Assembly: GCA_028534125.1 (NCBI GenBank) | Contig: CM052818.1 | Coordinates: forward strand, 26,910,001-26,974,000 | DNA: 64,000 nt | Reading direction: 5' to 3' | Source: Lama glama | Taxonomy: Eukaryota | Program-made: the position numbers and the translations under genes | Notes under the pieces: generated by a model | Told to the model about the DNA's origin: nothing | Database searches by the model: none | What the model saw: the letters and a program-made list of their open reading frames with translations, nothing else | Shown: piece by piece, positions 50,941 through 64,000 of the stretch | Numbering within the stretch: the first letter of the stretch is position 1 | Layout of the letters: every line of letters starts with the position of its first letter

Positions 50941-53900
50941 GAGAGTTGTTTCAAGGCACCAATACTGGAAACTTAATTCTCTTATCTTACTTTCAAAAAT
51001 TGACAAGTAAGAATGAGCCCAATAATTATCTGGGGAGAAGTATCACTGATAGCATTTCTTTATTAAGATATGTTCCTATTTAGCCCGAAACTTTATTTAC
51101 TATCTAAATCTACTTTTTCTTTGAATTTCAGTGGTACAAAGAGACCTACATCTTTTCTCCAAAATCTTGGTAATTTAAGCAGAATTTGAAACAAACCAAC
51201 CCTTTACTAATCAATCCTTAAAAGATGTTTGAATGATTGGAGGTGGTTTCCAAGGGAATCCTTTGTCAACCTACTGTCTACTTTGATATCAGCTATACTT
51301 TTTGATTTATGAGAGTTATTGGTGATATCCAGGTTTCAGTTCTGAGCCATTAGAAGTCAAATTGCCCTTGGGGTCATTAAAGTTTCTTACTTTGGTGGCT
51401 ATTTTGACAAAACAGTTGATCGACCATCCTAATATGGCAGTGGAAAATGTGGGCCTGATTCAGGCAGCTCCATCACTTCTGATTTATAATTTTTCTGGGC
51501 CTCATTTTTTTTTTAAATTGTAAATGATCATATACCCACCAAGTGAAATAGTAGTAAGGTTTTAAAAAGAAAATAATGCGAAGTATGTGACCCATAATAG
51601 GCGTCCAGTAAGTGGTTTGCTCTTTTTGGTTGAAATTTCTGTGAATAGAATGCATTTGATTGTATTATTTATTTAAATCACATTTTAGACTTGAACTACT
51701 TTACGTGATCGGCTTGTCATAGTAGCTGCTTACGTTTTCTTTACCTTATAAGTTGTGATTTGAGGACAATAAACTGACAGTATTGGAAGTAGAGGGCAGG
51801 TCAGAGATGGTAGTAAAAGGTGGTAATAGCTTGTAGGCACTGAGGACTGGAGATATAATAGAGGAAAATTGTAGCTTGGGAGAGAAACCTGAGGCAAGAG
51901 AGAGATGTTGAGGAAGAAGGCAGAAGAAAAGAAAACGGGAGCAGCGGGGTGGGGGGAGCAGAGGCAGACAGGAAGCAAAAACTGTGCTGCACTCATTAAC
52001 CTGTTCTTAATTCCTGAAGGATATGTTATCTGCAGTCTTCATGTTAGCACTTGTACTTGTAGAATTCTAGGTCTGACAGGGATAGACACTAAGAACATTC
52101 TACCTCCTGAGGGAACTTAGAACTTGAATAGTCTCATCCCTTCTCTTTTAGTTAGAGCCCCAGAGGTGAAGTGAACTGCCTTGGGTTACTCTGTGAGTTG
52201 GTGTAGATTTAGCTGAGAACCCAGGACTCTCAGTGCTCAGGCCAGGGCATTGTTCTCTTACCATATGGGCTCCTTTTATTGGTTCCTCACCCTGTATGTA
52301 GCTGCTTCTGACCTGAAGTAGCCAAGTGAATTGTAATATTTGTATAATTAAGTATGCTTTGAATAACTGTCATAATTTAAATTCTTATCACTTATTTCAA
52401 GTTTTTCTTCTAAGTAGAAAAATTTAATAGAACGATTACATTGTAAGTGGCTTTAACAGGGAAGTCTTTAACAATTTGTGTTCCTCAAAAGTGTTTACTA
52501 GTGTTATCACTCCAGTTTAATACTTTTATTTATTTTTGCAGAGGGAATACTGACATGAACTGTTTGTTTATTTTTAATGTCTTCAAATTCAGATCTTTTC
52601 CAGCTTTCTCTGAGAATAGCTTAATTAAGTTCTGTACGTATTTATTAATATAGTTTGTGTTTATTGATCATATATCAAATTTTCTGTAGTGCTTTTGTTA
52701 TTAGGTTATTCTAAGCTCATCTGTATTGCATATACTATATTTGAACAGAATGATGTATCAACCGTGTATTTGCTCTCATGCAGTCAGATATTTGAGGAAA
52801 TAAAACCATTTTCTTTGACAGGCTTAATGCTGTTTAACCTCTATTACAAAAATGCCTTATCTGAACAAGATAATAGAATATTAGAAAATACTGATATGTA
52901 AGAAGGAAAATTTATTGTAGAATTAACCAGAAGCAGTAGGCACAAGGAAAAATGAGTAGGTGTTTTGGAGATAAGTTGAGAAGAAAAATAAGGGAGTAGA
53001 AGCCCTGGAATTCAGGTGAGCTTTGGGAAATATTGAATTAGGTTGGGTGGAATAGGTATTTTGGGTGTGGTGAATAGGTTCTTGGCATAACTGCACATAG
53101 GGATCCAAGGAAAGGGCCAGGGAAGTGTTTCATTACTGTACACACAGGTTTTATTAGCACTCATTTACACGTGACAGAAATTGGATCCAATACCAGCATA
53201 TCTAGTTAGGAGAAATAAACATGATGTCAGATTCCACAAGGGTGATACCAGTTTCACCTGATGGAAAATTACAGCTCAGTCTGGGACTTGTTTTCAATTT
53301 TTTTGCTTGTTTGTTTATACTTCCTAAATGAGAAGGCTAAGTAGTTAACAAAGGAGCCTAAATTATGGGCACAACTAAAACTTGCTCCTGAGGAATGTAG
53401 ATTCATAGAGCGCTATAAGGAGGGAGCAAGGAGGAGCCTGGGGGTCTGGGTCAGCACACTCACTGAACTTGAAAAAGTAGTCAGTCAGGGAAGATAGTGC
53501 CGTGGTCCCAGTAATGGAACCTAGTATTTTATCTGTTGTTTCCTCTCTTTCCTTTCCTTTTTACCCTTCAAAAAAAATAATAGTTTCATTTATTAAGCTG
53601 TTATCATGTGCTGGGTACAGTGGTAAGCACTTCACATGTATAATCTCTCTCAATCTTTGCAAAACTATATGTGGAGAGGTATTAATAATCATTCCCTAAT
53701 TCATAGATGAAAAGAGAGGTTAAATAATTTGCCATAAGAAAAGTTTGAGTAATGGTCTTGGGCATAGTAAGAGAAGGAAGTTATTGAGATTTTTCTTGTT
53801 CTCTCATGCTTCTGAGTCAACGTATGAGACTGGGATGTTTTCCTCTCCCTTGTCTGTCTGGTGAATTTCTAATCAGCTTCCAACATTTAGTTTACTTTCT

Positions 53901-54946
53901 TTAGGAAACCTCCCTGACCTCCAGACACAATGAAGCTTCATGCTCCCCTAACAGCTTGTATATGTAAGACAGAAGCTTTGTTATCCAGTATCATCCGGCC
54001 TGGTGGTTGGGCAGTAAGTCCGAAAAGATGGTTAAAATGATACTTTAAATAATTTAAGTTAAAAATATATAAACACACAGTGATTTGCCAGTGTGAGACC
54101 AAGCCTGCTGACCCTTCACTGTTGTTTTTTTAGAATGCCAGTTGGAGTTCTGTGTTGTCATTCTTCAGTAAGCTATAAATATAATTCATTGTTTATGATT
54201 TCTAATTTTGGTTTTCCTTGGATAAAGCACACTGAGTGCAAAATCGTAGATTTTTAATGACTTTTCCCCCAGTCTTTTATAGTTGTTTCAACCATATCTA
54301 ATTTGACAGCAGTATTTTTTAGTAGGTCTCCTTTATTGCCTTGTTTTTCTGAAGCGTTCAACTTAGTCTTTCTCTTCATCCCTGTATTTTGTTTATATAC
54401 TATTTAGTTGAATTATCTAATCAAAGTGATAAGTACAACTGACAGAAACAGGTTTGGGAGGAAGTTCACTTGACTCTTGGTAAACCGACATGTTTGGATA
54501 AACTATAAAAACTAGCATACTGTAGCTCTGAATGTTTATCATGCCTTGGGCTTTGGGCAGTGTTTTACAAAGGGACTAGAGAATACTGGTTAATCCACTG
54601 GGTTGGTTAAGAGATGATTAATGGTGAGAACTTCTGCTGCATCTTGATAATACCACCTATCTCATACTTTGCATATTTTTTTCCGCAGTAGATTGTGAGT
54701 CACTTAAGGGTGCTTTTAATTCCCTAAAGTCTAGCAGCGTGACTGGCACATAGCAGCTGCTTTTAATAAATGGTTCTTAAATGAAAGAATCGTGTATTAA
54801 GTTACATTGTTGCTGAATATGTATTAAATATATGTGTCTATATATGTATATCTTGTCTCCCAGCTAAATTATGTCCTTAAGGGCAAGTCTCGCGTCCTGC
54901 ACTTTGACATTTACAATATTTATCATAAATGTAGTGAATGCAGGAT

Positions 54947-55075
54947 GCGGTTGTCCCTTGGTGTCTGCGGGGCATAGGTTCTAGGACTCCACTAAGGATA
55001 CCAAAATCCATAGATGCTCAAGTCCCTTATATAAAATGGTGTAGTACAGTTGGCCCTCCCTATCCCCTGATTCTG
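54947..55075 (+). mobile_element. MER2/Tigger-family fragment
   Basis: ggataccaaaatccatagatgctcaagtcccttatataaaatggtgtagta matches the remembered MER2 5' part. Confidence 0.7.
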
Positions 55076-57120
55076 TATTTTTATGTTGGTATATAGAGGA
55101 AGAGTGTATCTGTGTGTCTTGCTGCTAGCTATGACGTCTGCTATAAAGAGCCAAAAGAAGCAAGTAGCATTCTGTTTTTTTGCATTGTTATGTAGAGCAT
55201 TGCTTGAGCCCTGCCACATCATTCTGACAGAGCTCGTTTTAGGGATGCCACTGGCTTCATAATTGCAGCTTGTTGTTGGCTGCAACAATTGGTGCTTGGG
55301 TTTTGGTAGTTGCGTGTGTAGGTTTGTTTTCTTCTTCCTTTGTGTGTTAAACACCAACTGCCAGGGAGTGTCTTTGGCATTATGTCCTAAGAAGTCTTTA
55401 CAGTCAGCAGGGTCATATGACTTTACAATTTTTTTCTTTTCTAAAGCCCATACCTTAAAATTTTATACACATTTCTTATTCCTTCTAAGTAAGTAACAAA
55501 TTGAATATTTTTTCCTTGGAAGGTAACTCTTATTTTAAATAAAATATGTAGTTATCATTACTTTGTGTTCTACTCTTCTGATTTTGCTTGTAGTTGCATC
55601 ACCAATATGTGATTTTTTAATATTTTTTGAACTCTACTTCTTTAAATAATAAAATAGAAATACCTCAGTTATCCAGAATTCAGAACGACAAGTTCTGATT
55701 TTCATAACACTAAGCCTACTTCTTTTCATCAAAAATAAAGTTTGGCTTTTCAGATCTTTATAGATAGCCAACTAAGTGAGAATGAGCACAGAAAGTCTAA
55801 AATATGAAAATACCAGAGTGGCCAAAACCTCACAGAAAATTTTTGTGGATTAAGAAAAAAATAAAATTTCACTTCTGCTTGCAAGGCTTTTGTTTGGAAT
55901 CTTAAGCACATTTTGAATACCTGGCATTCCTCCTAGGCACTGGAGATACAGTGGTGAACAGAGGCAGATATGGTTCCGGCTCACATGGAGTTTATAATCA
56001 AGCAATGACTCTTAACTTCAGGTAGACCTGAGTCCATTGTATCTATGGTAATAGCCATTGTGTCAATGCCATTTTAGTTTTTCCTGTTTAAAAACCAACC
56101 AACCAGTAGTAACAACAAAAGAAATCCCATCCTCAGCTCTCTAATCCATTCGTACTGTCATTCTGTCCCTTATTCTCTTTCATTTCTCCTTCATTACAGA
56201 CATTTACTCCCTTTAGTTTTTTACTAATCTCTTCTTTCTTTGTTCTCTTTGTATTTTTTGGGTTATTCATTTCTCAGTCTCTTGTGATCTTGCTTCCAGT
56301 CCTCCGTTCAGATTGTTCACCAGATTATACTTCTTTTCAGTAGTTACTTTGATTTAAGTCCTCTCGCTCTAGTTGATTCGTTTTGTTTAGATGCCTTATA
56401 AAATTATATCTAGTTAGTCCTGATACTTTTCCACAGTTACAATTTTGCATGTTAAACTTTTTGCTAATACCTTCACCTGGGTGACCTATCGCTTGAAACT
56501 CCATCATCCTTTCTAAAATTCTTCTCCCAAACCAAGCTGACCTTTCTCCCCATACCCAGTCTCTTATTTACCTTCTCTAGAAACCTAGACTCAGCTTTCA
56601 CTGAACATTTTACTCTCTTGTCTGCATTCTTTCAGCCGTGTAAAATCTATTTTAATCATTTAATTCCTAATACTATTTGTTTTTACTCTGATACAGACCC
56701 TCGTCATCTCACATCTGAGTGACTGCAGTAGGGACCTTACTAATTTTTTACCTCTTGTCTTTCCTTTGGTCAAGATATTCTATACAGTATTGCCTCTAAG
56801 GCTTCTAAAATATTGATTTCAAGACATTCTTTTTTAGTTTTTGCTTATAATAATTTTCAAAGATCTCCATGATTAAGCTGTTTATATTTCCTACCTGTTA
56901 TTTAGAGTATTTGTTCTAAACCAAAATAGTGTAATCTTACTCTGTACATAAACCATACCTTTTTAAAAATCATCGCTCAGAAGGATTTGTCATTCTGGAA
57001 TGTCCTTCCACCACCTCATAGTTTTTATTACTCTTTCAGATTTATTTGTTCTTTTTTCAAGTTTAACTTACGTCTCATTTACAACATGAAGAGTTTTTAA
57101 TGATTGCTCCTTTTTTAGCA

Positions 57121-57328
57121 TAGTTGATCCTCAAACAGCATGAGTTTGAACTGTGAGGGTCAACTTACATGTGGATTCTTTTCAGTAGTAAATACAATAC
57201 TACACCCTCCCAGGTTGGTTGAATCTGCTAATGCGGATATACAGGAAGGGAGGGCTGACTCTAAGTTATACTTTCAACTACGCCAAGGGTCGGTGCCACA
57301 AACCCCTGTATTGTTAAAGGGTCAACTT
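57121..57328 (+). mobile_element. MER8/Tigger2-type MITE
   Basis: Terminal inverted repeats (T)AGTTGATCCTCAAACA...TGTTAAAGGGTCAACT(T)|TA; internal gtttgaactg...acttacatgtggatt. Confidence 0.8.
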
Positions 57329-60179
57329 TACTTGCTTTGTTGTTGGGCACTTAGAGTGTGCTACCTTATACTGTTTACTTTTTATGAATTTGTTTAATTA
57401 ATTTAACAGATATTTATTGGCCATCTGCTGCAATGCCAGAGACCATTCTCGGCACTGGGGATATAGCAGTCAATAGCATAGACAGTCTCTGTCCTCTTGG
57501 GGCTTCAGCAACTTCCTCTGTACCCTATTTTTAAAAAGTTTCTAGCACATATCACAGTATGTGTTAGTAATGACCATGTTAAAATGGAGTTCAAATTTTC
57601 GGGAAGGAGCCCCTGGCCTGATAATGCAGAATCCCCTTCCTTCTTCTGCTGCCTTGCTGCTCGTTAAAATACACTGATAACTTTACAGAAGAAGATGATT
57701 ATTCTGTAGGATGAGGATAATATATTTTGGAAGGTGGCTGTTGTCTTGGATACAACAGTAAATTTTAAAAAATTAGCCAAAGTACTGCCTTGGAAGATAT
57801 TAATTCAATTGTATACCATTAGTCTGCTTTGAAAAGGATGCAGATAAGCAGAATGCAGGCAAATAGAAATCTTTTTTAAAAAAAATACTCATTGTCTTGG
57901 GATTGGTACATATACGTTCTGTTTTTCACGTATGTCGTCTTTGGTTCCATATAATCACAGAAGTTAAACTCTTTCACTTTATAGTTGAGGGAACTGAGGC
58001 TCAGAAAAGTTAAGTAACTTTAATAAGATCACACAGATTAGTGAGAGATCCAGGGGTAGGAATTTTCCAAGTCACATCAAAGAACATTTAGTTTTTGGAC
58101 AATACAGTTCAACATTTGATGTATATAATTATGGTCCTGAGTTATCAAGAAAAATTAAACTATGTTCACAGGCTTTTTTTTTTTTGAAAAAATGAAAGCA
58201 AGTATTTATTGATCTTTTAGATTCAATGTACTTCAAAGCTTAAATGATTTAATTTATATCAAATATTTTTTTACATCTTATAAGTCTTTCCCATTTTCCC
58301 TACTTTGTGTTCTTTTGTTTTACTTTTAAAGTGTTTGAATAAAATCTTACTTTTGACATTTTGACCTAATTTTTTATATTAGTTTTTTAAAATCAGGAAA
58401 TGAGTGTGTTATGATCATTGAAAGACAGGTAGTTATTAATAAAAGCTTGTTTTAATAAAATGTGACTTCCCTAGTTGAGGAATCTGTATTGATTTTTTAA
58501 CAGTGCTTTTGTAAATTTGTTATAATGTGAATTAGAGAAGAGATTTAGAGCATGAGTTACTGATTAGAAGCCAGTTTTTTTTACAAAAATTTTTTACTAC
58601 AAAAAAAGTTCTTATGTAGAATTCAGAGTTAAATTTAGATTTTATTTTTAGAAACTGTCTGAATTGTACATTTAGCAGTGTTAAAGAAAACCAAAGCTGG
58701 ACAGTGATTTAAATGGTGAAAACAGATTTTAATCAGGAACTATTGCAATAAAGATACCAAATAATTATATACTCCAGAATGTTAAAGAATATTAATAGTT
58801 TTAATAACTTTAAAATAAATGCGAATAGAAAACACTAGCTGGGTTCAAGGCCAATTATCCAGTAAGTGGGAAAGCTGGAATTCACATTAGGTCTATTTAG
58901 CTATGCCTGTACTGCCTTTGAAAAGGTTCCTTATGGTCTCCTTTCCTTAATTTTTAAAATATTTGATTATGTGAAATATATTCCTTTGAGTGATAGCATA
59001 CATTTTTTCTTTCTTCTGAAAAGTTAATCTTAAAATTGGAAGTATACTCTCTAGGTTTGTTGAAATACTCATTACCATGTTCATGGCCTTCAGATGTATG
59101 ATCATAGTCCTGTTTTATTTCATTGACTTAGTTCCACATATTTTTTGTGCACTCCCCCCACCTCCTGCTTAGTAGAAACATTCACTGGTAATAAATTCTT
59201 TTAAAGAATGTGCTTTTTCTTCCTCTTACTAACTATAAATAGTGAATATTTTGTAACAACTCTGGTCACAGTCTGTAAGTTTCTTCTCTGAACTATCTTT
59301 TGAGGATATTTATTCATTTATTAACTAACTTACTTTAAAATTATTACAGTCATTTCTATGCAACAAGTTCTCTTTTTTTAAGTGAAATTATTTCTCTTTC
59401 CCGGTTTGTTCTGGGTCCTGCTGTCTTTATCAAAGTATGTTAGTATGCTGACCTAGAAAATTCTGCCATCATAAACCATATTCTAATCCTAAAATATGTA
59501 AGAACATGGAAATACTATTTCAAAAGGAGAATTTTAAAACACTTTTTATTTGTCTGAAAATTTGGTAGTAAAATGAAAGGTAGGTTGTGACAGCTGATAA
59601 CAAAAGGAAGAAGAAAGAGCCTATAATCTGAATCAGAAGGACATTTCTGGGGCTGGTGTAATAATATCAGATAAAAGCAATCAAATATTAGATAACTTGC
59701 TGACTGATAAAGCTTTCCCTGGCATTTAGAACTTGGAGAATATATGACCATCTCTTATCACCAACTTCCAGTTTTCTCACAGATATTTTTCATGGTTGTG
59801 TCTTTTTTACTGGCTTCATCATTTTGAAAGAGTGCTTATTAATCTTTTATACATGCATAGTTTTCTAAGTCCTGTTCAATATATTGTAAGTTTTATCTGT
59901 ATATGTTGTATCAGTTACTTTATAGGATGGTGTTAGTTAGATGAAATTGCTAGTTCAGTCACTTAGTCATTGTTAATGTTTCACTAAATTTGTGTTTTGT
60001 GATCATGATTTCTCCCTTAATCTCACATAATTTTCTTGAAATTATGTGTCATTTATCATTAGAATAAAAGATCATATGTAATTTATTGCTGTGCTGGGGA
60101 AGGAAAATCTGTACGCTTGGGTTCTATTGTTACTAGAATGATGGTGTCTTCATATACCATACCATATAAAGACAGCATT

Positions 60180-60227
60180 TTTTTAACATTTCTTTTTATT
60201 GAGTTATAGTCATTTTACAGCGTTGTG
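60180..60227 (-). mobile_element. About 50-bp camelid-type L1 3' tip
   Basis: tttaacatttctttttattgagttatagtcattttacagcgttgtg, flanked by AAGACAG at 60169-60175 and 60228-60234. Confidence 0.65.
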
Positions 60228-62162
60228 AAGACAGTGTATTTTTACTGCCAGAAGACAGTAAAAGACTGTCTTGGACTAGTGGCTTGCTTATATGCTAATT
60301 TTCATATGTCAGTACCAAAAGTTTTTACTTATTTTGATTTAGTGGTAGGAATTGTAATCCACATTTCATAGTGATGATGTGGTAGATGAAAGAACTGAAA
60401 AGTAAAAAATTTTCAAAGCTCTGTGGAAAAAAGTCTGATTTATGGTAAATATATTTTACACTTCCAGTTTGTTCATTATTCCCTTAGTTATCTCCATTTA
60501 CTCTGATTGAACTTTTTTCTTCTTAATCAAATAGCATTGAATAACTAGAATATTCTAAGGTAATTTGAGACAGAACAGTTTTGTCTATTTGTTTATAAAG
60601 CAGTTGTCCTCAGTAGATTAATAATTTAGTAGAATGCAAGAATTCTGTCTTTATGTCCTAATACAAGTCAAGTGGTAGGCACATTGTAGACACTCAGTGA
60701 AGGCATAAATGGAGGCTTCTGCCTTTAAGGGGCTTATAATCTGGTTGGAAATGAAATAAATCATAAACACTTGGAAAATTTAATGAGACAAGAAAATAAT
60801 TGTGTAATAGTCCCAATTAAATGAGATTAGTTACATACTGTGTTAAGCAGAGTGCCCTGGTACATATTAAATACTCCGAAGTACTTATTTGCTTGCCTTC
60901 TAACTGAACATTAATATAAGTGCCATAAAATGGTAGAAGTAGTATTTACATATAGGTTTTTTTTTCTTTCTATTTTGCGGTTTTCTTCCCATTAATAGAA
61001 AGTAATAAAGTACTCTTTGGCTTCAGAAAAGGGAGGAATACCATGAGTGGAGTATGTTGAGACTTGGACATTGGTAGAATTTGAAGATGAAGGACTTTGG
61101 GGGAGGTAGGGGCAGAAGAGAAGAGCATAAGCCAAGGCATGGACCTGGGAGAGTTCAGGACATGTTTCAGGACTAACAGATTGTCTGCTTCAGTTGGGGC
61201 ACAGGATGTGTGAGAAGAGATTGTGGAAAACAAAGCTATGAAAGTGAGTTGGGATTGTGGATAGCCTTAAATTCCATTGGGAAGAGTTTGGGCTTTGTCT
61301 TCATAGCACCTTAGATAAATGGTTCATAATTTATACACGTAAAATGAATACTTTAAATATAAAAAGTGTTGTCCCTTGAAGATTGCTTCTTTAGAGATTA
61401 TATATCTATCAAAAGATACTTGATTGTTTTAAAACATGTTTAGAACTCTTTTGCAGTTTTCTAACCGTAAAGAAAAACTACAGAGAAGACTTGTCATTTG
61501 CAAATCCTCAGTTTTAAAAATTCAGAGATCCTTGCTTCCTCTGAACTATATTTCCTTTGAGGGTCATACATTTCTTATATATACTCCTGTTCTGCAAGTT
61601 AATATTCTTTTCAGTGTTGATGAAAGTTTTATTCCATTTGGTGGATAGTTTTTGCTTAGGTTGGGGCACTTCTTGAGTTAATTTAATGATTTGGGGAGAG
61701 GGGGATTTGGTGAACTTGTTCACATTCATAGTTACAAACTGTTACCAAATTTGACATTCTTTTCTTTTTTTGGTTAAGAGCTGTCATTTTCTTAGTTCTT
61801 ATATTTTTCATCATTTATAACACCACTACTAGCAGTTTGGCTTTCTTTGGGGTTGGGGGGAGATATTTTTCATAAAGAAAGTCAGTTTTTTAAAAATATA
61901 TTTTTTAAAGTTTTTGCTTTTTAACTTTGAGATGTAAATGCTTGGTTCGGTTTGGCTCATGTATTTACTCTGTGGATCTGGCCTCTGGCCTCACCGTTGT
62001 CTGAACAGCATGTCCTCTGGGTGACTTTCAAACAGTGATAACCATAAATATTAAATCTACAAATGTCAAGTTTGTTACATTGCATATCCAGAGGAATTCC
62101 TTCCTTAATTGATATCTTATTTTCTCACTTGTTATTATGTATGTATGTATATACTATGTGCA

Positions 62163-62265
62163 TTTTTTTATTTTTCCAGCTTTATAGAGGTATGATTGAC
62201 ATATAATGTACAAGTTTAGCGTATATAGGGCATTGATTTAATACACTTATATATTGCATAGATAC
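62163..62265 (-). mobile_element. Short L1M 3' end
   Basis: ttccagctttatagaggtatgattgacatataat. Confidence 0.6.
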
Positions 62266-63442
62266 ATTTTTTAAACTTAACTTTCTAGCCCCTTGTGCAA
62301 ACATTAGGAACATTGGAAAAAATTTGAGAGATAGGAGGATGTACTGTGGAAATTGACTGATCGGGGACCAGAGGGAACCTTTGTGAGGACCCAGAAAACC
62401 TAATTATGTATGGTTATTTGTATAATGCCATTAGCTGATAATGTGGGTGTAATTAATTTAGTGCTTTTTGTAATCTCACACTTAGGGAAGGAGGAATTAC
62501 TTTGTGAAAGAATATTCCACTATTTCCTATAGCACTTTCAGATATAATGTATCATTTAAAAAAAAAAACTCCATCTTTTTTGGAAAGAGATGTTAGGTAA
62601 ATAAAGTTTTGGGGCCATTTTTATTTATAAGGAAAATTTCAAGAAATTCACAGTTTAAGATAAAGCTAACTATAAATACCAGATTAAAATATAATTTTTA
62701 AGTTGAACATCAGTTCTGTACTTGACTCCAGAGTTTAATAGGTATCCCACTGTACTTTATTTGTGTTTATTTTTATATTCACTTCTTTTACTTGTAACTG
62801 TATTTCTGGTTCTAGTTGTATACAACATATACTACTGGTCCACATATGTTTTATTCAGTGTACGTGTTTCATCCACTGGCTGTGAGCTCTGTTTTACTTG
62901 TTTTGTTACTACTTTAGTCCTAGTGCAAGTGACTGTGCCTGGTACAAAGTGGGTGCTCAGTTGATACTGTTAAATAAATACATGTGAATATTTGAGTCAA
63001 ACCCTCAATTTTTAGGAGACTCCACTGTCTGATCTTAGCTTTATTGTATATATCTATGTGTGTTCTCATCTTATACCCTCACTAGATTGGAAGTGCATTG
63101 TGAGTAGCAACTTGGTTTATTTGTCTGTCCTATATTCTCATTTATAGTAATTTGGACTGTGGTAGGTAGTAGGTATTCCCCAGAGACATTATTGAACTGA
63201 ATGAAAATGGTTGATTTTATTTTCTTATGAGGAGATGGCTAAAAGTACAACCATACACAAGGAATTTGGAAGAGAATCAAAAAAGCTAGTGTGTACTTGT
63301 TTGTCAGCTTGAGGACATATATATAAGACTTCATCATTCTGTGTTGTAAGAGCTGGGGTTCTGGGACAGCTCAGTTCCTTGCTCTTTAGCGGCCTATTTG
63401 CTTTATTTTTGGCCTTCTAACTATGTCACAGATGGTGTAAGT

Positions 63443-63625
63443 CAGTGGTTCTCCAAGTGTTGTCCCAGAATAGCAGCATCAGCATCACCTGGGTACTTGC
63501 TTAAAAATGCATATTCTCAGGCCCCACTGCAGACCTGTTGAATCAGAAATGAGGATAGGGCCAGCCCAAGCAATCTGTGTTTCAGCTAGTCCTGCAGGTG
63601 ATTCTGATGCTAAAGTTAGATACTG
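63443..63625 (+). mobile_element. MER5A (hAT-Charlie MITE)
   Basis: CAGTGGTTCTC...agcagcatcagcatcacctggg...attctcaggcccc...gaatcagaa...caggtgattctgatgc...ACTG. Confidence 0.88.
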
Positions 63626-64000
63626 CCAAGTGGTGATGTTGTCTTTAGTATGCCAGGGAAAAACAACTAGCAGCCTACATGTAAGAGAATAATATAATCC
63701 AAAACATTTCAGAGGAAATAGATGTTGTTTAGAGAATACATTAAGATATAAAGCAGATTATTGAAACCTCACTGTATGCTCTTCCTTAGCTTAAGTAAAC
63801 TACGTTATTGACTTCTACTTTTCACGAATTTCTCTTGTTATTTGTGAGTTTGTGTTCGGTTGACAGTGAGAACCTTAAATTAGGTATTTTCTCGCACTTT
63901 ATTTTAGACTTTTGTAAAAGTGAGTGCTCTTTCCTCCCATAGCAGATGACAGAAAAACAACTGAAAAAATGTCCAACCCAAACTAGTATTTTGTGTACTT

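Noticed and set aside
53968..54640. Possible old Tigger-like element
   Set aside because: Putative termini too degenerate to support by eye; needs an nhmmer/Dfam search.
44409..64000. STRN exon 2 or a nested gene in intron 1
   Set aside because: No sequence encoding the expected continuation (AQIAFLQGERKGQENLK...) was seen; the short ORFs here are repeat-derived or random.

Overview
Mammalian genomic DNA, most likely camelid (alpaca/llama/camel); this is inferred from four copies of a vic-1-like tRNA-derived SINE and camelid-type L1 3' ends. The + strand carries the last 11 coding exons of HEATR5B (1-32202). I joined them by hand through GT-AG introns into one open frame of 720 codons including the stop, followed by a 3' UTR with AATAAA at 32652. 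After about 11 kb of intergenic DNA come the CpG-island promoter and first coding exon of STRN (striatin, 44175-44408) and about 19.6 kb of STRN intron 1; exon 2 is not in the window. The tandem HEATR5B-then-STRN order matches my recollection of the human locus. The rest is L1, L2, MIR, LTR and DNA-transposon relics. I see no evidence of a novel gene system. The most notable observations are a 5'-inverted L1 with two nested insertions, several non-canonical splice features in HEATR5B (recursive-splice motif, +4 tandem donor, candidate poison/terminal exon) and a perfect 83-bp tandem duplication. Repeat subfamily names come from visual recognition, not a database search.
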